DNA from: a virus
Direction: 5' to 3' (one strand)
IMG/VR virus record: IMGVR_UViG_3300031884_000939
Location: 64,001 to 128,000 of that record
Length of the DNA: 64,000 nucleotides
Position 1 is the stretch's first letter; each line of letters begins with the position of its first letter. Below the pieces are notes generated by a model. It did not search any database. It was not told where the DNA came from and saw nothing but the letters and a program-made list of their open reading frames with translations. Below, piece after piece: positions 57,419 to 64,000 of the stretch. The position numbers were made by a program, and so were the translations under genes.

Positions 57419-57433
57419 TTATTGCTCCTATTT

Positions 57434-57479
57434 GTTTACTATAGAACTAGTATAAGTTAAATTGAATTACGTGTCAACC
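57434..57479 (-). promoter_or_regulatory. Early sigma70 promoter with ATAGTAAAC box
   Basis: GGTTGACA-N17-TATACT-N6-ATAGTAAAC. Confidence 0.85.
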
Positions 57480-57670
57480 TAGCTGTTTACAGTACTGTAA
57501 GGGCTATAATCTACTTGGGCACCAATAGCATCTAGTTCTTCTAGAGCATCCATATGGGCATTCCAAACTCTTGCGAAATTTTCTGCTGAACCAAAGTTTT
57601 CTGTAATTAGTGCTCTGAACTCTGCGTCTAGTTCTTCTCTTGTTAATATTTTCATTACTAACTCCTTTTT

Positions 57671-57716
57671 GTTTACTATAATGCTAGTATAGCAAAATTG
57701 GAATTAGTAGTCAACC
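57671..57716 (-). promoter_or_regulatory. Early sigma70 promoter with ATAGTAAAC box
   Basis: GGTTGACT-N17-TATACT-N6-ATAGTAAAC; drives a short ORF MKILTREELDAEF... Confidence 0.85.
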
Positions 57717-57737
57717 GCCCCTAAACTACAAGTGTTG

Positions 57738-58025
57738 TTATTCTACAACACCTATGATTTCTTCTTCTTTAAGCACCAAATAGTCTTGTCCATCTACTTT
57801 AACTGGAGTACCTGCGCCCGGGCCAAACATAATAACATCGCCTACTTTAACGGATAATGGAATTAATACACCTTGGGCTGTGACACGACCTGGGCCCGCG
57901 GATATAATAGTTCCTTGATTATTCTTTTCAGCATTACTATCGGGAATAATAAGTCCTGAGCTAGTTTTAGTTTCTGGAGGAGCACGATGTATTAGTACAC
58001 GATCTGCTGTGGGATTAAATGCCAT
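57738..58025 (-). CDS. groES: Co-chaperonin GroES
   Basis: PTADRVLI, KTSSGLIIPD, GPG, VKVGD, DGQDYLVLKEEEIIG. Confidence 0.93.
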   Translation of the reverse strand: MAFNPTADRVLIHRAPPETKTSSGLIIPDSNAEKNNQGTIISAGPGRVTAQGVLIPLSVKVGDVIMFGPGAGTPVKVDGQDYLVLKEEEIIGVVE

Positions 58026-58026
58026 G

Positions 58027-58650
58027 TTATACTCTCTTTTCTACAATTTTATCGGCTAGGCCATATTCGACTGCTTCTTGAGCAGATAGGAATGTATCAT
58101 GCTTCATAGCTTGATACAGTTCATCATAACTTTTGCCTGCGGTATTATGTTTAACATACAATTCGGTTAAGCGTTGGTTAATGCGCTTGGATTCTTCAAA
58201 AGTACGGCGAGCATCTTCAAACTCTAACTCTTGTACATGAACAGAACCCGAAGTACCAGGAGTACCTGAACTTACACGGTGAATCATAGTGCGTGACTCT
58301 GGCAATACTAATCGTTTACCTGGAGCGCCAGCTTGTGCTAAAAATGAACCCATTGAGCAAGCCTGACCTAATACAATAGTGGACACATCTGGTTTAATAA
58401 ACTGCATAGTGTCATAGATAGCTAATCCAGCGGTAACTAGTCCGCCTGGGCTGTTAATATAAAACAAGATATCACTGTCTGGATCTTCTGCTTCTAAAAA
58501 TAGCATTTGTGCTACAATTAAACTGGCTGTGTGTTCACTTACCGCTTGGTCCAACATTACAATACGATCTTTAAGTAATCGACTATAAATGTCGTAACTG
58601 CGTTCACCTTTTGCGGTCTGCTCAACCACCATTGGAATCAAACTTGGCAT
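58027..58650 (-). CDS. clpP: ClpP protease proteolytic subunit
   Basis: [46 protein letters not shown]. Confidence 0.95.
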   Translation of the reverse strand: MPSLIPMVVEQTAKGERSYDIYSRLLKDRIVMLDQAVSEHTASLIVAQMLFLEAEDPDSDILFYINSPGGLVTAGLAIYDTMQFIKPDVSTIVLGQACSMGSFLAQAGAPGKRLVLPESRTMIHRVSSGTPGTSGSVHVQELEFEDARRTFEESKRINQRLTELYVKHNTAGKSYDELYQAMKHDTFLSAQEAVEYGLADKIVEKRV

Positions 58651-58712
58651 ACTAATCCTTTATGTTTATAATATTACTATTATACTTTCAAGGACTGGCT
58701 GTGTCAAGTCTT

Positions 58713-59438
58713 TTAATAAGTTAAATGGGTATTTGTTTTGAATGGCTTGCCAATTGCCGCATATTCTAATTGCTTAAGAACCTTTTGCTTCATTTGGCGA
58801 ACTTTGATATGGTCGTGATTGTAATCAAAACTCTTTAGAAATCTAGCAAAAGTAGACTTCCTAACACGGCGAGGAATTGTATCCATATAGTTACTAATTG
58901 CCGCAGGATTGTAACCAAATTTATCAATTAACTCGCAAGCAATATTAAACGAGTGGGCGCCCATTTCATCGCGATGTCCATAGTACTCTTGGTCAACCTT
59001 TTGCTTGCGTAGCTCTGCGGTGGATTCGTATCCTGGAATGTCTTTAAAGTTTCTGCTGCGATACTGTCGCATATGAATGATTTCATGTAGTATAGTATCA
59101 GCAAATATTGAACAAAGACGCTGCCAACGATATTCAGTTATCTTAACTTCTCTATCATGTGGATGGTAACTTAATACTACCTCGATAAAACGCTTCTTAC
59201 CACGCTTGTCCAGTACGCTGTCATAACTACCACCCATATAAGGAAATCCGCGATCCTGGGTCGGATCATACTGTTGCTTTTTAATACTAACTGGTAACTT
59301 GGATTTGATGTGCTTACTTAGAATACGGTGTAGGGAATTTAGGGGTAGTTTTTGACCAACAATATCTTTCCCAGCACCGTACAACATACTGTATAGATTA
59401 TTGCGATCCAGCAAACTCCAGTTAAAATCCTTACGCAT
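58713..59438 (-). CDS. Putative zinc metalloprotease
   Basis: HEIIH HExxH, downstream YY..DEMGA; TAAATA at 59462. Confidence 0.6.
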   Translation of the reverse strand: MRKDFNWSLLDRNNLYSMLYGAGKDIVGQKLPLNSLHRILSKHIKSKLPVSIKKQQYDPTQDRGFPYMGGSYDSVLDKRGKKRFIEVVLSYHPHDREVKITEYRWQRLCSIFADTILHEIIHMRQYRSRNFKDIPGYESTAELRKQKVDQEYYGHRDEMGAHSFNIACELIDKFGYNPAAISNYMDTIPRRVRKSTFARFLKSFDYNHDHIKVRQMKQKVLKQLEYAAIGKPFKTNTHLTY

Positions 59439-59490
59439 TTGACTCCCCGATTGGACTTTAGTATTTAGCTAAAATCCGGGGGAATTTAAG

Positions 59491-60594
59491 TTAGTTAGAA
59501 CACTGGGATTTTGGCACCAATTTCAGCTGAGTTTGTGAGGCTAAATTCATTTGCTCGGGTGTAGTTCTTAGCTGTATAGCTAACTCCCGGGAAAAGTTGC
59601 CATTTATGTTAATATCAGGAGATCCATAGTTTCTAATATTAACAAAGTACTTGCCATCTGTCCAGCCATTTTCCTGATGGTCCAACACAGGCCAATAGAA
59701 ACATTCCCTGTGCATAACTTGGTTTTGATTAGTAAGTACTGTAAGTTCGATAGCAGGGTTGGATAATATCATAGTATTGATTAAGGCATTGGCTCTTGCT
59801 ACATCACTGAATCCTAACTTACCTCCGTTACCTCCCATAAACCCACCTGTGGCTATTGCGATAACTGCGGCATTCTGATTACAGTTACCCCAGCATGATC
59901 CTGCTCGTGGATCTTGGGCCGTTGCCTTAAGAGCTTCCCACAATGAATTTAAGTAATCGCGATTCCAACTTAACTTAAATGGGATAACCAATGTGCCATT
60001 GCGATTGTTGTCAAACTTTAATTGTGCTGGTTGTAATTCAATATTCATACCACGACGATAAAAATCGTTTAGTACTATACCTACTAACCTATCGCCTTGA
60101 CTTCTTTCATACTGTAATGTGCTTAGTTGTGCCGCGGCCTTGGCGCCTTCTAAGTCCCCAGATACTTTACTTTCGTTTAATAGTCTGTTGGCAATGGCAC
60201 TCTTTTTAATCCAAACTTTCATCTTAGTTTGGTATCCGTTATTGGATGGTTCTTGATTTACTATTTCGTATCGGGTAACATAGCCACTAGCATAACTGAT
60301 AATTTCATCTCTAGTTAAATGACTATTGTTAACTTCGGTTTCAGATGCTATTACGGATCCCACTGCTTGCTCAACGGCTATACGAAATCCGTTTAGTCTA
60401 GATTCTTCTAGTGTAGCGCCTTCGCCAGCTACTTCGATATAATAAGTCTTTTCGCCTTCCCAGATGATCCACTGACCTAGCGATATAATAATACCTAATG
60501 GGTTAGGCATTAGCATGGCACCAGTAAAAGCAAACTGCGCTTGTGCTGAAGCAATTAAGCCAACACAAGCGAGTCCTGCTAAGATGCGACGCAT
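59491..60594 (-). CDS. Secreted LPP20/FlgT-N-like envelope protein
   Basis: Signal peptide; V.GEG.T.EE.R..GFR.AVEQAVG.VI.SETEV...I..YASGYV. Confidence 0.6.
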   Translation of the reverse strand: MRRILAGLACVGLIASAQAQFAFTGAMLMPNPLGIIISLGQWIIWEGEKTYYIEVAGEGATLEESRLNGFRIAVEQAVGSVIASETEVNNSHLTRDEIISYASGYVTRYEIVNQEPSNNGYQTKMKVWIKKSAIANRLLNESKVSGDLEGAKAAAQLSTLQYERSQGDRLVGIVLNDFYRRGMNIELQPAQLKFDNNRNGTLVIPFKLSWNRDYLNSLWEALKATAQDPRAGSCWGNCNQNAAVIAIATGGFMGGNGGKLGFSDVARANALINTMILSNPAIELTVLTNQNQVMHRECFYWPVLDHQENGWTDGKYFVNIRNYGSPDININGNFSRELAIQLRTTPEQMNLASQTQLKLVPKSQCSN

Positions 60595-60595
60595 C

Positions 60596-61312
60596 TTACA
60601 TTGCCATCAGTTTGCCGATTTCAAGACGGGCGGCGTTGTTTTTCTTGTCCCAACGCATTACAACCTTAACTGCTTTACCATCGTCGATAACTGTGCCTTC
60701 TTTAAGATACAGTCCACTAAGGATACCGCGGTTGGAGTTAGTAATTGTAGTACTCAACTTAGAAGCAATTTTAAGAGCATTGTTTCTAATAGCCGCATTT
60801 TCTTTACTATCAGTGCCACCATTAGTAACGGCTGAATCATCATCAGAAGCAATTAAGTCATCGGCTGTACCAGTATTGCCTTGGGTAGTAGGTTTGTTAG
60901 TAGAAAACTTATTACTGTTATTATCCTGTGCGTGTTCCAAGTTTTCGGAAATCATAGTAACAGAAGTTTTAGAAGCAATCGTTTCTTTGTTAATAAAATC
61001 GTTTAATGATTTTTTAGCTTCTAGTTCTGCCGCACGAAACGCTTCGCGAGCTGAGTTATGTGACCCACCCCATGTAGGAGCATAGCCACTTACTTCTACT
61101 GCTTCGATCTGTCCACTTAGATTATAAATGATCTTAACACCATCTCGTTTAAAATCATTTACTGCTACTCGTTGATCCGAGATAGGCGCACTAGCATTAG
61201 AGCCTGGTTCAATACCTGCGCCACTACTTAAACTATTAGATGGAGCAGAACCACAACCTACTAATGTAGTTACTAAGCCAGCCATTGCCAAAATTAAAAT
61301 TCTTTGTTTCAT
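60596..61312 (-). CDS. Lipoprotein (LPP20-like)
   Basis: Lipobox LVGC; AFRAAELEAKKSL.DF; GILSG. Confidence 0.7.
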   Translation of the reverse strand: MKQRILILAMAGLVTTLVGCGSAPSNSLSSGAGIEPGSNASAPISDQRVAVNDFKRDGVKIIYNLSGQIEAVEVSGYAPTWGGSHNSAREAFRAAELEAKKSLNDFINKETIASKTSVTMISENLEHAQDNNSNKFSTNKPTTQGNTGTADDLIASDDDSAVTNGGTDSKENAAIRNNALKIASKLSTTITNSNRGILSGLYLKEGTVIDDGKAVKVVMRWDKKNNAARLEIGKLMAM

Positions 61313-61391
61313 AATTAACCTCAAGGTTTGTTATACTTTACATAGTATAGCACCGTAGGGTATCAAAGTCAATTGATTTTGGAGCCAAAAT

Positions 61392-61415
61392 AAAAGCCCC
61401 AATTAAGGGGCTTTT
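61392..61415. terminator. Intrinsic terminator
   Basis: AAAAGCCCC-AATTAA-GGGGCTTTT. Confidence 0.85.
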
Positions 61416-61431
61416 GGTAAAGTAAAATTAA

Positions 61432-61683
61432 TTACTTAACAGCTTTAGTAAAAGACTTAACTGCGTCTTCAGCTTGTGTCTTAACGATAGCTGTGATTGA
61501 TTCGATTGCTGATAACTGAGCACGAACGAAATCACTAGCGTCAGAAGTAAAACTAACCAAAGTCTTACTGAGTTCAGCTGGTTGTACATAAGCCAAAATA
61601 GCTTGTGTGTTCTTTTCAGCTTGGTCAATGAACTTAGCTGGGTTCAATGCTTCTTTTAATGTATCAAAGTTAAATGTATTCAT
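61432..61683 (-). CDS. Phasin-like amphipathic helical protein
   Basis: 83 aa Ala/Lys/Gln-rich helical sequence with no Gly, Trp, Cys or His; strong RBS; PhaR-like boxes upstream. Confidence 0.55.
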   Translation of the reverse strand: MNTFNFDTLKEALNPAKFIDQAEKNTQAILAYVQPAELSKTLVSFTSDASDFVRAQLSAIESITAIVKTQAEDAVKSFTKAVK

Positions 61684-61757
61684 GGTAAATCTCCTTAAAA
61701 TTAAGCGAGGTTTTTGTTAGCCCGAACCATTCGGCACTAACCTTTCTCACAAGTATT

Positions 61758-61807
61758 TATATTGCGACGCAATATATAATATATATCTATTATATTGCGA
61801 CCGCACA
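61758..61807. promoter_or_regulatory. Two PhaR-like TGC-N3/4-GCA operators next to a late promoter
   Basis: Palindrome TATATTGC-GAC-GCAATATA (61758-61776) and TATATTGC-GACC-GCACA (61791-61807); minus-strand TAAATA at 61754-61759. Confidence 0.65.
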
Positions 61808-61832
61808 TTTTTTTCAAGCCTATTTGGCTACT

Positions 61833-62540
61833 TTAATTACGGAGTTTTGCCAATCCCAAACCGCGGAATAATTGGATATATGCCCACCCTAAATCAAACT
61901 CAAACCATTTACGGCTTAGTTTTGGGTTAGCTGGATCTGCGTGGTGGTTATTGTGTAATTCTTCGCCACCGATTATAATACCCCATGGTGAAAAATTAGT
62001 ACTAAAGTCCTGGGTTTGTTTATTGCGATAACCCCACCAATGTCCCAATCCATTTACTACTCCAGCCGCCCAGAATGGAATCCACAACATTTGAATGCCC
62101 CAAACTAAGAATCCCCAGCCCTGGAATAATATTACATTGATAACCAACATTATCATAATACCTAGCCGACTATGTGGAGTATAAACTATTTGTTCTATAG
62201 TATCTTCTGGCGTTCCTGATCCATAAGCCCGTACCATTGTTTTATCTTTACTAGCACGATTATAAAGCAATGCGCCCTTAAAGAACACAGTCCAAAAACC
62301 AAAGATGTGCGGGCTATGTGGATCACCTTCTGCGTCATCGAACCTGTGATGTTTGCGATGTATAGCTACCCATTGTTTAGTAACCATACCCGTTGTCAGC
62401 CATAGCCAAAAACGCATAAAATGTTCTAACACAGGATTGAATATTAATCCTTTGTGAGCTTGTCCACGATGTAAAAATACTGTAACGCAAACAATAGTGA
62501 TATGTGTTACTATTAAGGTATAGAGTAATATAAGCATCAA
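61833..62540 (-). CDS. Delta-9 fatty acid desaturase (DesA-like)
   Basis: HRGQAH, HRKHH, GDPHSP, NGLGH..GYRN, GGEELHNNHH. Confidence 0.92.
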   Translation of the reverse strand: MMLILLYTLIVTHITIVCVTVFLHRGQAHKGLIFNPVLEHFMRFWLWLTTGMVTKQWVAIHRKHHRFDDAEGDPHSPHIFGFWTVFFKGALLYNRASKDKTMVRAYGSGTPEDTIEQIVYTPHSRLGIMIMLVINVILFQGWGFLVWGIQMLWIPFWAAGVVNGLGHWWGYRNKQTQDFSTNFSPWGIIIGGEELHNNHHADPANPKLSRKWFEFDLGWAYIQLFRGLGLAKLRN

Positions 62541-62544
62541 GTAC

Positions 62545-63099
62545 TTAGCCCAAATCAGCGTAAGGCGCCCAAAGATTCTGTAAATTTAAAAAGAATATAT
62601 TCTTATTAGTAGTAACAGCTTCTTGAGCGTATGTAAGCATACTTGGTGGCGGTATATGCGTTACAACTTCAGCATCACCGTGATCCTCGTGTACTTCTAA
62701 ACCATGTTTATTAGCCAAGTGCTTCATAGCACTATTGCGGTTCAAACAATGTAGGTATAATGTATTAAATCCGCGATTGCGAATCCAAGTAATAGCTTCT
62801 TCCATAAGTTGATCTGCTATACCCCGATGTTGTTCTTCTTCGGCAACCATAATACCAAACTCCATATCCCGTTCAGATATTCTAGCCATATGGATAACCC
62901 CTACCCATTTGTTACCTTTTGTAGCTACTAGGAAGTAATGCTCGTCAGGATTAGCCAATATACGATCTATTAAATTGGCGATAAAGTCAGGACTAGTAGC
63001 TATACCAAAATAGGTAGCTAGAGTTTCTGGGGATTTCTCCCGCAACCAGTCTCCATATAAATGAAAATCCTGCATAGGTAAAAAGCGTGTGGCTAACAT
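62545..63099 (-). CDS. GNAT acetyltransferase
   Basis: EFGIMV..QHRGIA..LM, HCLNRNSAMKHLA.K.GL. Confidence 0.85.
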   Translation of the reverse strand: MLATRFLPMQDFHLYGDWLREKSPETLATYFGIATSPDFIANLIDRILANPDEHYFLVATKGNKWVGVIHMARISERDMEFGIMVAEEEQHRGIADQLMEEAITWIRNRGFNTLYLHCLNRNSAMKHLANKHGLEVHEDHGDAEVVTHIPPPSMLTYAQEAVTTNKNIFFLNLQNLWAPYADLG

Positions 63100-63100
63100 A

Positions 63101-63190
63101 TTAATAGTTGTGATATTGGGTACGAGCTTTAGCCGCTTCTAAACGAGCTTCTAAAAATGCTTGCCAAAGATTCTTTAATAGCTTCTTCAT
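63101..63190 (-). CDS. 29-aa small protein
   Basis: MKKLLKNLWQAFLEARLEAAKARTQYHNY; abuts neighbours on both sides. Confidence 0.55.
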   Translation of the reverse strand: MKKLLKNLWQAFLEARLEAAKARTQYHNY

Positions 63191-63191
63191 T

Positions 63192-63332
63192 TTATAAACC
63201 GCGATATTCAAAGTATTTGACCCAATACTCAACTTCAGCATGGGACTTTGGTTCTTTAGCATTGATAAATTGCTCCAAAGCAGTTGGTTGTTTTGCGAAG
63301 AACTGGGTAAGTTCCTTTAATAGTTTTGTCAT
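63192..63332 (-). CDS. DUF3563-like small protein (46 aa)
   Basis: MTKLLKELTQFFAKQPTALEQFINAKEPKSHAEVEYWVKYFEYRGL; AAGGAG RBS. Confidence 0.55.
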   Translation of the reverse strand: MTKLLKELTQFFAKQPTALEQFINAKEPKSHAEVEYWVKYFEYRGL

Positions 63333-63382
63333 TTTGTGACTCCTTTTTGATGTTCTCAGTGTTTCTACTGAGTACTTTTATT

Positions 63383-63401
63383 TATGCTGTGCCGCCGCAT
63401 A
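63383..63401. promoter_or_regulatory. Third PhaR-like operator
   Basis: TATGCTGTGCCGCCGCATA containing TGC-CGCC-GCA, upstream of the small-protein/GNAT/desaturase operon. Confidence 0.5.
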
Positions 63402-63441
63402 GAATATTAAAGTTTTATTACAATACCTTATAAGTATTGCT

Positions 63442-63906
63442 ATGGAATTATGTAAATTACCTAACTGCAATAAGCCTGTAAAAAACTATTGTACTCATTT
63501 TTGCTGTAAATCTCACGCCGCTAAGTATGGCGGTTTATCGCGGTATCAAGGCTATCCAAAGTTACCAGTTATAGATAACCGTATAAGACCAGCAGATTAT
63601 GTATCACAATTCTCATTACCATACAAGGACAGATTACCCGAAGTAAAAGGTAAATGGGTAGCCTACGTAACCGCTAGACAGCAACGAATAAAACAAGCTA
63701 CACCGCAATGGGCAGATCTTGAAATTATACGGTCGACTTATGTAAAGGCTCAAGAGCTTACAAAACAAACTGGAATACCGCACGAAGTAGACCATATTAT
63801 TCCTATCAAAGGGGAATATGTATCAGGGCTTCATGTACCAGCAAATTTACAAATACTAACAGAGTACGAAAATCAATCCAAAACTAACAAGTTTAAAGTA
63901 GAATAA
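63442..63906 (+). mobile_element. HNH endonuclease
   Basis: ATPQWAD, HEVDHIIPIKG..VSGLHVPANLQIL...NQSK.N; N-terminal Cys cluster. Confidence 0.88.
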
Positions 63907-63939
63907 TAGGCATACTAAATAATGAACAAGGAGAACACT

Positions 63940-64000
63940 ATGTTATCATTTATTAAGAAGTTATTTGGCTCTAAGCCAGCAGTTAAAGCCGCACCTTATA
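63940..64000 (+). CDS. Start of a late gene (partial)
   Basis: TAAATA at 63916, AAGGAG, MLSFIKKLFGSKPAVKAAPY. Confidence 0.6.
   Translation, partial: MLSFIKKLFGSKPAVKAAPY

Noticed and set aside
60515-61085. Long plus-strand ORFs (also 16791, 20071, 22239, 51353 and similar)
   Set aside because: Antisense shadows of well-supported minus-strand genes
1-64000. Stop-codon reassignment (TAG/TGA recoding)
   Set aside because: Recognisable genes are full length in the standard code, and TAA, TAG and TGA all end genes at coupled junctions
1-64000. tRNA genes or a CRISPR array
   Set aside because: No cloverleaf with a T-loop consensus and no regularly spaced repeat-spacer array seen by eye; tRNAscan and a CRISPR finder should confirm

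Overview
64 kb from a large, AT-rich, T4-like jumbo tailed phage in the standard genetic code. A freshwater betaproteobacterial host is inferred from ErpA, PhaR-like and OxyR-like sites. Most genes lie on the minus strand. Left to right: (1) conserved core and replication genes (APS-kinase-like P-loop, PhoH, HAD nucleotidase, clamp loader, GroES-like, stand-alone DnaE fragment); (2) a baseplate/fibre cluster containing an S53 protease (8.2-18.3 kb); (3) host-like auxiliary genes (ErpA, SOD, IF-1, SleB hydrolase, cytidylyltransferase-cupin, rubrerythrin/rubredoxin); (4) many small early genes behind a stereotyped sigma70 promoter; (5) a plus-strand fibre/decoration island (34.7-43 kb) whose last genes share an IGxGIxIGxGI N-terminal tag, one with a Hint domain; (6) a methyltransferase-nuclease pair; (7) an expanded micro-protein family ending in F-x-L-K-W; (8) a candidate replication origin flanked by inverted GCGAAGC hairpin repeats; (9) GroES, ClpP and a lipoprotein pair; (10) a cassette resembling a host PhaR (PHA storage) regulon, with phasin-like, desaturase, GNAT and DUF3563-like genes plus TGC-N3/4-GCA operators. 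There are three intact homing endonucleases and one remnant; one has a candidate cis-antisense RNA. No tRNA, rRNA or CRISPR array was seen. All family assignments are motif recognition by eye, not database searches.
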